From positions 22,897-86,896 of the forward strand of contig CANMWZ010000006.1 in assembly GCA_947501605.1 (NCBI GenBank): a stretch of 64,000 bases of DNA, given 5' to 3'. This document shows positions 17,788 through 27,092 of the stretch, piece by piece. Source of the DNA: Planctomycetota bacterium. Lineage in GTDB: Bacteria; Planctomycetota; UBA1135; UBA2386. The translations under genes and the position numbers were made by a program. A model generated the notes under the pieces. It saw only the letters and a program-made list of their open reading frames with translations, made no database searches and was not told the origin of the DNA. Each line of letters opens with the position of its first letter. The first letter of the stretch is position 1.

Positions 17788-19356
17788 TCAGCGCGCGCGG
17801 GCCGAAGCGGCCCCGCCGTCATCGTCGAGCACCGGCCCGAGGATCTCGCCGAGCACTTCGCGGATCTGCATTCGGATCTGCGCCGGTTGCGTCGCGCCGC
17901 CGTCGAGGTCCGCCCCCGTCGAAGCACTGCCGCCACCAACGCCCGTTACGTTGGTGAACTGCACCGCAAGGGTCTCCATCTCGCTGACCAATCCACGCGC
18001 CTTGCGCGAGAGGAACGAATGCAAGAGCAACGACGGGATCGCAACGATCAACCCGTACTCCGTCGTGATGAGCGCTTCGGAGATACCGCCGGACAGCGAC
18101 GCGACGTCGCCACTGCCGTAGATCGTGATCTGCTTGAACGTCTCGATGATGCCGGTGACCGTTCCGAGCAGACCGAGCAACGGCGCCGATGAGGCCGAGA
18201 TGGCCAAGAATGGCAGCATGCTCTGGATGCGCAGCTTGGCCGTGAGGATGCGTTCGAACATGACCTCTTCGAGCAACTCACGCGACTCCTGCAGGCTGCC
18301 AACGCCGGCCCCGAGCATCTCGCCGATCGGCCCCTTCAGCTCGCTGGTCAGTGACTTCGCGCGGTCATAGTCTTTCTCGCGCAAGGACTCGAACAGTGAC
18401 TTCAGCTGCCGCCGAGTAGGCCGACGGATCAGACTGAGCGAGAGCCACTTCCACAAAGTGACGAGCAGCGCCGCAATCGCGAGCGCCAGGATGGGCCACA
18501 TGACCGCCCCGCCCTTCAGGAAGTGCTCCACCAAAGTCTCCTCGGTGGCAGCGACCTTGTGGGCCGATCCGAGCGTCGGATCGACAGGTAGTGCGCCCTT
18601 GCCGCTGGCGACAAAGGCCGCAGCTTCGGCGGCTTGCTCCGGCTGCGAGAACGAGGTCACCGAAGGCTCGAGCGACCCGAGCTTCGCATCGACGGTTCCC
18701 ACCGCGACTCCGTCCTTGCCGCGGAACACCGCGATGGGCCCCACGAGCGCGAAGGTCCCGTTTGTGAGCACACCATCGGCGCCGACTGCACGACCATCGA
18801 AGCGATTGCCGCCGAGGCAATCCTGCAACCGCTGGATCGAGCGCGTGACCACGTTCGCCTGCACGACAAACAGGTCCTTCGGCATCATCGTCCGGTCATC
18901 AGCAGCGAGCTTGGCCGCTGCGATGACGTCGTCGTAGAGCTGGACTTCGGCGATGTGCAGCGACGACTCGAAGTTGCGAACGAACTCGCCAAACACGTTG
19001 CCGAGGTAGTTCTGTTCGTCCTGTTTGCGCTTCTGCTCGGCCGTCAGATTGCCGAGGGCCTGCGAACCAGCATCGAGCTGACGGGTCCGGTCAGCGGCCG
19101 ACTGCCGCAGTTGCGAGAGCTCTGCTTCGAGTTCCCGAAGCGTCCGTCCGAGCGGAACTTTCTCTTCGGCAACCTGCTGCATGACCCGGTCGAGCTCGAC
19201 CAGACTCTCGGCCAGCTGCTTTTGCAGGTCCTGACTGGAGCGCTCGAGCACAGCCTGCAGGTCCTGCTGCTTGGCAACCGACTGTGGCTGCTGGGCCACG
19301 ACGGTCGAGGACAGCGCGAGCAACACCGCGGTCGCGATCAATGAGAAGTTGGTCAT
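17788..19356 (-). CDS. Long MotA/TolQ/ExbB-family protein, TtpC-like
   Basis: Internal Met gives the signal peptide 'MTNFSLIATAVLLALSSTVVAQQ'. About 300 aa of coiled-coil/periplasmic extension, then the channel core 'APLLGLLGTVTGIIETFKQI...GGISEALITTEYGLIVAIPSLLLHSF'. Confidence 0.85.
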   Translation of the reverse strand: MTNFSLIATAVLLALSSTVVAQQPQSVAKQQDLQAVLERSSQDLQKQLAESLVELDRVMQQVAEEKVPLGRTLRELEAELSQLRQSAADRTRQLDAGSQALGNLTAEQKRKQDEQNYLGNVFGEFVRNFESSLHIAEVQLYDDVIAAAKLAADDRTMMPKDLFVVQANVVTRSIQRLQDCLGGNRFDGRAVGADGVLTNGTFALVGPIAVFRGKDGVAVGTVDAKLGSLEPSVTSFSQPEQAAEAAAFVASGKGALPVDPTLGSAHKVAATEETLVEHFLKGGAVMWPILALAIAALLVTLWKWLSLSLIRRPTRRQLKSLFESLREKDYDRAKSLTSELKGPIGEMLGAGVGSLQESRELLEEVMFERILTAKLRIQSMLPFLAISASSAPLLGLLGTVTGIIETFKQITIYGSGDVASLSGGISEALITTEYGLIVAIPSLLLHSFLSRKARGLVSEMETLAVQFTNVTGVGGGSASTGADLDGGATQPAQIRMQIREVLGEILGPVLDDDGGAASARAR

Positions 19357-19373
19357 GGTCGTTCCTGATCGCC

Positions 19374-20222
19374 TCACAGAATCTCGATGGGCAGCGCAAC
19401 GAAGCTCGCCATCTGCTTGCTCTGATAGACCTTGATCGCGGCCTGCACTGCGACAGCCGCGTCGTTGCGCGGAGTCCACTTCCAACCCTCTGGCGTAGCG
19501 ACACCGACTCCGGCCGCATCGCCCTTGATCGTCACGTAGAAGGCCTGGCCGAGCCCAAGATAGAGGCATGCAACCTCGGCAGTCGAACCGTCGGGGAGCG
19601 AGCGGATCTCACTGGTCACCGTGACCTCTCGATTCCACTTGTTCACGAGGTTCAAGACGCTCAGCACATTGCCGAAGCGGACGCCGAGCGAGAGCTTCTT
19701 CTTGTTCGAGTCGTCACTCTGTGCGGTCGCAAACTGCTGAGTCAGAGGCGCAATCTTCTCACGGATGGGTTCAGGCAATCGAAGCAGCAGCGCCCGCGTC
19801 TGCTCCTCCATCGCAATGATGGCGACGTCCAGCGCCTGCTGCACGACATCGAGCTTCGAGCTCTCTTCGATCAGCGCAGCCTTCTGCCGGTCCGCCGCAG
19901 CGATGCTCGCCTCGGTTTCGACGATGCGCTGCTTTTGCGCGTCGATCGAACGGCGAACGACATCGATACGCTCCAGCACGGCCTCCTTCTCGACTCGCCA
20001 ATCGGTGCGTGCCTTGCTGATCTGCCGGCGCGCCTCGACCCATTTCTCCAACATCGCCCGCGTAGTCTCAGCGCCGGCCGTCACCGGCGCCGGCGCGGTG
20101 CCTGCTGCCGGATCTTGTTGCTGCGCGGATGCGTAACTCGTCGTCGCAACGCTCGCGAACATGGCCACTGCGAGCGCGCGAGAAAGCGCGAACGTGCGGG
20201 GTCGCTTCGTCTCTGGTTTCAT
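19374..20222 (-). CDS. DUF3450-family periplasmic coiled-coil protein, TtpB-like
   Basis: Signal peptide 'ALAVAMFASVATTSYASAQ' and a long coiled coil. C-terminus 'LYLGLGQAFYVT..G..AGVG...GWKW' resembles DUF3450. Sits immediately upstream of the TtpC-like gene, as in TonB2 systems. Confidence 0.7.
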   Translation of the reverse strand: MKPETKRPRTFALSRALAVAMFASVATTSYASAQQQDPAAGTAPAPVTAGAETTRAMLEKWVEARRQISKARTDWRVEKEAVLERIDVVRRSIDAQKQRIVETEASIAAADRQKAALIEESSKLDVVQQALDVAIIAMEEQTRALLLRLPEPIREKIAPLTQQFATAQSDDSNKKKLSLGVRFGNVLSVLNLVNKWNREVTVTSEIRSLPDGSTAEVACLYLGLGQAFYVTIKGDAAGVGVATPEGWKWTPRNDAAVAVQAAIKVYQSKQMASFVALPIEIL

Positions 20223-20266
20223 GTCGTTCGGTAGGTTGTTGGTCGTGGAGTCGAGGCGAGGCCCGG

Positions 20267-23209
20267 TCAGAAGGTCACGCGGCCGCCGATGCCAATCGAG
20301 TAGTCGACGCCGCGCGTGTAGGTGATCTTGGTGACATCGTCGCCGATGTAGGGCGAGCGGTAGACCTGCTCGATGGCCGGATTGGTCAGGTTCTTGGCCT
20401 GGAACTGGAGGTCGATGTGGTCCGACAGGCGCTGCGACAGGCTGAAATTCAAAGAGTCGAAAGCAACCTGGTAGACGTTGGGCACGTAGCGGTCGTTCGC
20501 TTGGCCAGCGCCCGAGATGAGGGTGTCCCCAGTGAGCGTGTAAAACAGGCCAATGCGCGTGCCGAGCCGGTCACTCTCCCAGGTGAGAAATGTGTTGAAG
20601 AGCGACTCGGGCGCATTCGTCATGTCGCGATGCGTCATTGGCGCACGGATCGCCGGCAGATTGAAACCGTCGATCTCCTCCTGGGTCAGCGTCACGTCGG
20701 ACTGGATCCACGTCGCGTTGGCGCCGACTCCGAAGCCGTCGAGTTCCTTGGCAAACTGCGCGAGTTGCTGACGCACCTCCAACTCAATGCCGTCGATCTT
20801 GCCCTCTGGGTAATTGACGGCCGACGTGTAGTCAAAAACAGAGGCGATGCGTTGCACGTACTCGATCGGGTTCTCGATGTCCTTGTGGAACCACGATGCA
20901 GAAAGGAGACCGCCCTCGTTCGGCGTCCAGTCAGCGCGCAAGTCGTAGTTCTTGAGCGCGCTCATCCCCAGCTCCGGGTTGCCGACGAACACTGGGCCGC
21001 CGAGATACTCCTGTTGGAGGATCGGGGTCAGCTCCTTGAACGTCTGCCGCGCAATCGTCTCGCTGTAGGCCGCGCGCAGAGTCACGTCAGGCACAACCTC
21101 ATAGATCACCGCGAGCGCTGGCAGGGCATCTTCCTGACGAAAGGCGACGTCCGCCTCTCCCGGCCCGAGCGGCGCCGGCGCCGATGAGCCGGGCGGAAAC
21201 CACACGACATCCGATTCGGCGTCGTTGACGATGTCGATGCTCGTGTTCTCGAAGCGAACGCCCGCAACGACATTGAGTCCTGCGACGATCGGCAGATCCA
21301 CCATCGAGTACCAGGCATCGATCTTCTGGTCGCCGACGTAATCGACGTCGATGAGGCCGGCGGTGATCGGATGGTTCTCGAAAGGGAAGCTGGCGCTCCA
21401 AAACTGCTCCCACGGGGCGTTGAAGGTCGAGTTGTCGCTGAAGTTGCTGAACGTGTCCTGGTCGTAGGTTCGCTTGACCGTGTCCTGGAAGTAGCCGAAC
21501 TTCAGATACCCCTCGAGATCCGACCACTGGTCGAAGGGGAGCTTGAGGTTCGTCGCGTACTGGTTGCTGTCTTCTTCGATCTCTTTGTAGATGCGCTGCA
21601 GATTGCCAACGGTGAAGTTCGCCGCCGGCTTGAACGGCTGGAAGGTACCACCATTGGTCGAGTCCCAGCGCGAGCCGAACACGCGCTTGTCGGGTTGCCG
21701 CTTGTCGGCCGCACTCTTGGACACGGTCCAGTCGAGCACCGGCGACTTGAGCGCGCCGCCAGGTTCGATGGGCAGCGTGTGGCGCCCGTTCAACTGCAGC
21801 GTGTCGGTGGATCGCTCTGAGTACTGCAGCGTCTCGAGTCGCAGGTAGGGGGCCGCGTTGCTCTCGGCGTGCCCAGGCGTCGACGTGTTGTTGGGGTCGT
21901 AGCCCGGAAAGTAGTAGGCCTTACCACGCGTGTCCTCGGCCAAGGTCGCCGAGTCCTCCGACGTCAGCGTGTTGAGCCAAGCAAAGGTGACCGAGTGGTT
22001 GTCGGTCTCGAGGCCAACCGTCGCCAACGATCCGAGCTGGACCTGCTGCGTGCTGCGGGTGATGTCGTAAAGGCGAGTTTGAAAGTCCTGGCTCTGGACA
22101 CCACTGCCGGTGACCTGTGGGGTCATCGGGTCCCCGGGAACGTCGACCCACCACGACTCGTCGCGGCCGTTGTTGTAGTGCGTGGTCTTGTGTTCGTAGA
22201 ACACGCTGAGGAATCCGCCGAGACGGACGCCGTCGGCGATCTCCGTCTTGCCGCCAACCGCACTCGAGAACTTGTAGTCGACTGGCGCCGCCTCGCGACG
22301 CACGCCGACAGCGCCGTCCCAGTTCTGCCCGAGAAGATCGATCTGCGGATCGCGATCGCCGCCGTCCCTACCCGAGAAGTGGACGCCACCACCTTCATAG
22401 CTGAGGAAGTTGCTCCGACCCGTGGCTTGCGTGTTGTGGCTCGATTGGATGCGCCACTGAAAGAACAGGGGCTCGGTCGGCACGCCCTTCAAGCGCACGT
22501 CGACGGCGCCACCCGACGCATCGCCCTGCTGGTCCGGCGTGAACGTCTTCGTAACCTGGACACTCTCGATGACGGCGGCAGGGAACTGGTCGAGTTCGAC
22601 TGCGCGCTTGTCCTCATCGGCCGACGGCAGGCGAACGCCGTTGAGCTGGGAGCTGACGTAGCGATCCGGGAGACCGCGAATCACCGCCGACTTGCCGTTC
22701 TGCAGCGACGCTCCAGCGACCAGACGAAGCGCGTCCGAAGCGTTGCTGGCGCCGGCGCGACCAATGATGTCGGCGCTGATCGAGTCCATCAGCGACGGGC
22801 TCTCGAACCGCAACTGCAGTTGGGACGCTTCGGACTCGCCGCCAAGCGCGAGGATGTCCTGGACGACGTATTCTTCGAGGTCGGTGAAGTCCCCCGCCAG
22901 TGCGACATCGATCTCGACCAAGGCGCCGGGGGCAACCACCACGTTCGGGCGCACCTGACGGACGTAGCCGTCCTTGGACACGATCAGGGTGTAGGTGCCT
23001 GGCGGCAGCTCACGCAGCAGGTAGTTACCTTGATCCGCGGTCTTTGCCGTCTCTGGCCGACCGATGATGGTCACGGTTGCCTCGATAACCGGACCACCGA
23101 AATCCTTGTCGGTGATGACGCCGCGGATGGAGCCAGCCTGCTGCGCGTGAAGAGCGCTGCTGAGCGGCCCTAGGGCTCCGAGCCACAGAAGTAGAGTCCG
23201 GTTCTTCAC
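20267..23209 (-). CDS. TonB-dependent receptor with N-terminal CarboxypepD_reg-like domain
   Basis: 980 aa, GTG start. Signal peptide, then 'GSIRGVITDKDFGGPVIEATVTIIG...GNYLLRELPPGTYTLIVSKDGY'. Plug 'VIRGLPDRYVSSQLNGVRLPSAD'; C-terminal 'IGIGGRVTF'. Confidence 0.9.
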   Translation of the reverse strand: MKNRTLLLWLGALGPLSSALHAQQAGSIRGVITDKDFGGPVIEATVTIIGRPETAKTADQGNYLLRELPPGTYTLIVSKDGYVRQVRPNVVVAPGALVEIDVALAGDFTDLEEYVVQDILALGGESEASQLQLRFESPSLMDSISADIIGRAGASNASDALRLVAGASLQNGKSAVIRGLPDRYVSSQLNGVRLPSADEDKRAVELDQFPAAVIESVQVTKTFTPDQQGDASGGAVDVRLKGVPTEPLFFQWRIQSSHNTQATGRSNFLSYEGGGVHFSGRDGGDRDPQIDLLGQNWDGAVGVRREAAPVDYKFSSAVGGKTEIADGVRLGGFLSVFYEHKTTHYNNGRDESWWVDVPGDPMTPQVTGSGVQSQDFQTRLYDITRSTQQVQLGSLATVGLETDNHSVTFAWLNTLTSEDSATLAEDTRGKAYYFPGYDPNNTSTPGHAESNAAPYLRLETLQYSERSTDTLQLNGRHTLPIEPGGALKSPVLDWTVSKSAADKRQPDKRVFGSRWDSTNGGTFQPFKPAANFTVGNLQRIYKEIEEDSNQYATNLKLPFDQWSDLEGYLKFGYFQDTVKRTYDQDTFSNFSDNSTFNAPWEQFWSASFPFENHPITAGLIDVDYVGDQKIDAWYSMVDLPIVAGLNVVAGVRFENTSIDIVNDAESDVVWFPPGSSAPAPLGPGEADVAFRQEDALPALAVIYEVVPDVTLRAAYSETIARQTFKELTPILQQEYLGGPVFVGNPELGMSALKNYDLRADWTPNEGGLLSASWFHKDIENPIEYVQRIASVFDYTSAVNYPEGKIDGIELEVRQQLAQFAKELDGFGVGANATWIQSDVTLTQEEIDGFNLPAIRAPMTHRDMTNAPESLFNTFLTWESDRLGTRIGLFYTLTGDTLISGAGQANDRYVPNVYQVAFDSLNFSLSQRLSDHIDLQFQAKNLTNPAIEQVYRSPYIGDDVTKITYTRGVDYSIGIGGRVTF

Positions 23210-23385
23210 GGGAGGGCGACAACTCTAGGATGTTCCGCAAAGGCACCGTGAAGACGCCGTGGTTCTCACGTGAACGCCAGACTAGGCTTCCAACAATCGC
23301 GCGCGAAGTGCTTCTTGCAGAACGGTGTCGGGGCGGAAGAACGGCAGGGAGGGAAGGCCGAGTCACCCTGGGCACTGGGCAGCAC

Positions 23386-24627
23386 TCACCAAGGATCGCC
23401 GAGGCCCTTCACGATGGCCTCGATCTTGCCCAGCAACTCTGACCCAGGCTCAAGGCCATGCTTGGCCAGCGACAGACACGTGGCCGAAACATCGTCGGCG
23501 CGCGGCCGCGAGTTCGGGTTGTCGAGTCCGGCTTCGACAGCCCCGCGATAGAGCTCCAGGGCACGATCGCGGTTGCCCATCGCCGCGGCAGCCTCGGCAA
23601 TCGCACGCATTGCCGAAGCGCGATAGATGTCGAGGATTGAAGCGTGGCGTTGGCCGTAGAGCGACTCGGCATGCTCGAGCAGCGATCTGCCGCGTGCGGA
23701 ATCGCCGGCGCGATGCACAACGGCCGCCGCCTGGGCATGCACGAACACCTCATCCTCCGGGTGCCACTTCACGCCCGCAATCAGCACGTCGATCTGGCGC
23801 ACGAGCTCGAGTGCGCGCATGCCGTCCCCGCCGTCCGCCGCGTAACCCGCAATCTCGATCAGGAGCTTCAGTCGCGCGTCGCGCGGCAACTTCGTGTAAC
23901 CGCTGGTGACTCGTTTCTCGAGTTGGTCGCGCTTCTCGGCATCCGGAAAGAACCGCTTGTACAGCTTGCAGCAGGTCTGCAGCGTCACCAGGATCTCGTC
24001 GAAGTTGTCGCCCGCGAACAGCTTGTCGGCCTGCTCGAGCCACGCGGAGAACGCCGCCTCCGGCATCGCCAAGGCTGCGTCCATCTGGATGCCGGCGCCA
24101 TCACTCGATTGGATGGACTTGCTGAACTTGGCGAACTTCTCAGCGTCGCCGAGGAGGAAGTGAGTGCGGGCGATCATCGCGAACACGCGATCTGCGCGCC
24201 ACGCCTGCTCGGTTGGGTCCGCCGCCGCTGCCTTTGCGACGCTTTCGGCAATCGCAAGATGCTGACCCACCTCGTCCATGCGACCAGCCTGTGCGCAATG
24301 ATGCGCAAACTGCGCGTGCGCAAGACCACGACGCCAATCCGGAATCGTGTCGCCGATCTGCAGCGCGAGGTCGGGCATCGCGAGTTCGAAGCAGGCCTCC
24401 ACTACCGCCATTTGACCGCGGCCTCGATTCTTGATGTGTGGCACCAACGGCATCCGCAGGAATGCTTGGTTTGCCAGCTCGAGAAGGTGCTTCTGAGACG
24501 CGCTTGCCTTGCCGGTCGGCGCCGCTGTTTTGGCGGCAGGTGCTGTCGCCGCCGAGCTCTCCTGAGCCAGGACTGAGGCAGTGCCGAAAGCAGCGAAGAA
24601 GACGGACGCACACAGTGCTACGCGCAT
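23386..24627 (-). CDS. Exported alpha-helical repeat protein, function unknown
   Basis: Internal Met gives the signal peptide 'MRVALCASVFFAAFGTASVLAQE'. The rest is helix-rich with TPR/HEAT-like periodicity. I recognise no catalytic motif. Confidence 0.6.
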   Translation of the reverse strand: MRVALCASVFFAAFGTASVLAQESSAATAPAAKTAAPTGKASASQKHLLELANQAFLRMPLVPHIKNRGRGQMAVVEACFELAMPDLALQIGDTIPDWRRGLAHAQFAHHCAQAGRMDEVGQHLAIAESVAKAAAADPTEQAWRADRVFAMIARTHFLLGDAEKFAKFSKSIQSSDGAGIQMDAALAMPEAAFSAWLEQADKLFAGDNFDEILVTLQTCCKLYKRFFPDAEKRDQLEKRVTSGYTKLPRDARLKLLIEIAGYAADGGDGMRALELVRQIDVLIAGVKWHPEDEVFVHAQAAAVVHRAGDSARGRSLLEHAESLYGQRHASILDIYRASAMRAIAEAAAAMGNRDRALELYRGAVEAGLDNPNSRPRADDVSATCLSLAKHGLEPGSELLGKIEAIVKGLGDPW

Positions 24628-24913
24628 GAGACTCCTACGATTCGGATCGAGTGGGAAACGCGACAACCCGGGGATTCCTAGAAGCTGTTTCACGATTGGC
24701 GTGCGAGCGAGGCCGAGCAACGAAGGCAGAGGGCAAGGAGCGGACTCGTAGCGGAATCCGTAGCTCCCGCGGAGAGTCTGCGACGCTGCCATCGGCCGAG
24801 GTGCCGACCGCAGCCGCTAGCGCTTGGTGAAACCACTTCTACGGTGCTCGGCTCGCAACCGCGGAGCTACGCGCTCGGAGCCGCAGGCGATAGTGGCGGA
24901 CATCACCGCAAAC

Positions 24914-24975
24914 GATCAAGGGCGATCGCCTCGCAGCGACCGCCCCTGATCGGATCGTTCCTGAGATGGCTCAGG
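24914..24975 (-). terminator. Two tandem hairpins directly after the stop of the 654-aa secreted protein gene
   Basis: CCTGAG-atgg-CTCAGG (24960-24975) abuts the stop codon. A 16-bp stem spans 24914-24951 (GATCAAGGGCGATCGC / GCGACCGCCCCTGATC); its two mismatches become G-U pairs on the minus-strand RNA. There is no clear U-tract. Confidence 0.45.
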
Positions 24976-26940
24976 TCAGTCGATCGAGACCGACAGAGCG
25001 TTCGACAGCGTCATGTTGCCAAACAGCGTCGGCGCACCAGCCGGATCGAAGGTCGCGGCCTGGAAGTAGAACGCGTAGCCCTGCGGGAAGCCCGTCGGGA
25101 TGCTCAGCGGCAAGGAGGCATTACCGCTACCGTCCGTGAAGACGGCGAAGGTGATGAGGTTGTTGATGAAGTCCGGGATCAGCGTGCCGCCAGCAAACGG
25201 CGTATCAAGGCGACCGCCACCGAAGATCGTGCCACCATTGACCGCGATGATCGACAGCGAGAAGGCCGGGGCCTTCAGCAGCGAGACGTTCCACGTGAGC
25301 GGAGCAAACGCGAGGTGCGTGCCGGTCGCCGACAGCACCGGAGCGCCGTTGGTGCCGACGTTGCTGCCAAAGCCGAGGTCGTGCCAGCCGTTCGTCGGCG
25401 TGTAGCCGTAGGCTTCCGATGCCGTCCAGCCGGCGAGCCAGCTGGCCGCGCCCGGGGCGAAGGCGCCGCGGTACTGGGACGACGTGAAGAAGCCGTCACC
25501 CGTGCTGAAGGCGACGCTCGAGAGCGCGTCATTGGCTGGCGCGGGATTGAGGCCGATGACCGGGGTCATCGTCTGCCCACCGCGGACGACCGACGGGCCA
25601 CGCGTGATGCTCGTGATTGGCGAAGCAACCGCGATCACGTTGTTGTTGGCCACGGCGAAGACACCGCGAGCGTTTGCTTCGGTGTAGGCCGCTGCCAAGT
25701 TGTTGTTGAAGAAGACGCTGTCACTGATCTGGCACAGGTTGCCCGACGACTGCGCGGTGTAGAACAGGGCGGGGTTCAACGGTGCGTTGACCAAGGAGGT
25801 CGCCGAGAACGGCGTCGTCCAGGTCGCGGCCCACGACAGCGTGCCGTTGAAGCCGTAACCAGCACCACCGTCACCGTCGACGTTGTCGAACGACACGACG
25901 CGCTCACCAGCGTCCATGAAAATGCTGTTGCGGAACTGCGCGCGTGCATTGTCGCGCCAGGCCGTCAGGTGGTCGCCCGACGCCGCACCGTTCGGCTGGC
26001 CGATGACCGTCATGTTGTAGAGCGTCGTGGTCGTTACCGGCTGGTAGTCACTCTGCTCAGCGCCATCCATCTCGAAGGCATTGTCGCCGACACCCGAGCC
26101 CTGGGCCGCGTTGACGCTGTAACCCTGGACGACCAAGCCATACTGCGCCTTGCCGCGCCAGCCCTGGTCGACGTCGAAGCTGTCGTCACCGATGTTCCAG
26201 ATGCTGAAGTGGCGCAGATTGACCGTGCCACCCCAGATCTCGATGCCGTCGTCGACGTTGTTCATGATCTCGAGGTAATCGATGTCCGTGCCGCGGCCGA
26301 TGCCGCCCAGAGACAACCCGTTCAACTCGTTGGCGGCACCGATCACCTTGCCGCCGTAGCGGATCGAGAGGTACTTGATCGAACCGCTGTCGTCATCGTC
26401 GTTCGAAGGCAGCAGAACACTGCCACCGTAGTCCGCAAGGCCGCTGCCGCTCGGTGGAGCGAGACCCTCCATCACCGCAAAGTTCGTCGAACCTGGAGCC
26501 GGCGTGTTGGTCAGAATCGCGTTCTCCGACACGTAGCCACGACCCATGACCGTCAGGTTGCCCCATTCGTTGGCCGCTTCGCGCCACGTGCCAGTCTTTG
26601 GGTTGCCACCAACCCAGGTCGCGCGATCGGCGGCCGAGGTCAGGATCACTGGATTGAACTGGTTGCCGTTGACGAAGATTTGCGCGCCACGGCACACCGC
26701 GAGGCTGCCGCCCGATGGTGGCGTGCTCAGGGGGACAGTCGAAGACGCGATGACCGTGCCCGGCTCGATCGTCAAGGTCGCGCCTGGCAGCACGTAGATC
26801 TGGGCCTGCAGGTCATAAACGTTGTTGGCGGTCCAGGTGGTCGAGACCGCGATGTTGGCAGTGACAGGAATCTGCGCCTGGGCGACTGCCGCCAGCGCAA
26901 CAACCGCGCAAGCGGCCTTGATGGTAGAGTTCATGAGCAT
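24976..26940 (-). CDS. Secreted beta-rich protein, function unknown (possible beta-helix core plus a C-terminal ~130-aa module shared with 61618-62598)
   Basis: Internal Met gives the signal peptide 'MLMNSTIKAACAVVALAAVAQAQ'. Motifs 'IDYLEIMNNVDDGIEIWGGTVNLRHFSIWNIGDDSFDVDQGWRG'. The ORF track extends artefactually to 27255. Confidence 0.65.
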   Translation of the reverse strand: MLMNSTIKAACAVVALAAVAQAQIPVTANIAVSTTWTANNVYDLQAQIYVLPGATLTIEPGTVIASSTVPLSTPPSGGSLAVCRGAQIFVNGNQFNPVILTSAADRATWVGGNPKTGTWREAANEWGNLTVMGRGYVSENAILTNTPAPGSTNFAVMEGLAPPSGSGLADYGGSVLLPSNDDDDSGSIKYLSIRYGGKVIGAANELNGLSLGGIGRGTDIDYLEIMNNVDDGIEIWGGTVNLRHFSIWNIGDDSFDVDQGWRGKAQYGLVVQGYSVNAAQGSGVGDNAFEMDGAEQSDYQPVTTTTLYNMTVIGQPNGAASGDHLTAWRDNARAQFRNSIFMDAGERVVSFDNVDGDGGAGYGFNGTLSWAATWTTPFSATSLVNAPLNPALFYTAQSSGNLCQISDSVFFNNNLAAAYTEANARGVFAVANNNVIAVASPITSITRGPSVVRGGQTMTPVIGLNPAPANDALSSVAFSTGDGFFTSSQYRGAFAPGAASWLAGWTASEAYGYTPTNGWHDLGFGSNVGTNGAPVLSATGTHLAFAPLTWNVSLLKAPAFSLSIIAVNGGTIFGGGRLDTPFAGGTLIPDFINNLITFAVFTDGSGNASLPLSIPTGFPQGYAFYFQAATFDPAGAPTLFGNMTLSNALSVSID

Positions 26941-26944
26941 TGGG

Positions 26945-26979
26945 CTTCGGAGTTTGAGTTGCTTTCGGAGTTTGAGTTG
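26945..26979. repeat. 17/18-nt tandem direct repeat in the 5' leader of the 654-aa secreted protein gene
   Basis: 'cttcggagtttgagttg' (26945-26961) is followed by 'ctttcggagtttgagttg' (26962-26979). On the coding strand this is an A/C-rich, G-poor 'CAACTCAAACTCCGAA(A)G' x2 ending 4 nt before the ATG. Confidence 0.7.
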
Positions 26980-27092
26980 GTTGGCGGACGGTGCGAGGCT
27001 GTCCTCGCACCATGGACACCCTAGGGATCTGTGTTTGTTTGCAGTGAAGGCTGCAAGGAGCCTTCGCGAGTGTCCGTACGCTCGGACGAAGC

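Noticed and set aside
17788-19356. MotA-family protein with a long coiled-coil extension; considered as a Zorya ZorA-like anti-phage component.
   Set aside because: The extension is N-terminal and periplasmic behind a signal peptide. The gene also sits in the canonical DUF3450-TtpC-ExbB-ExbD-TonB-TPR order next to a TonB-dependent receptor. No ZorB (MotB/OmpA-like), ZorC/D or nuclease genes are present.
23210-23385. 176-nt leader upstream of the TonB-dependent receptor; checked for a cobalamin or other riboswitch.
   Set aside because: I could not find a B12-box-like element or any other riboswitch core motif by eye. A covariance-model scan (Rfam/Infernal) would be needed to exclude one formally.
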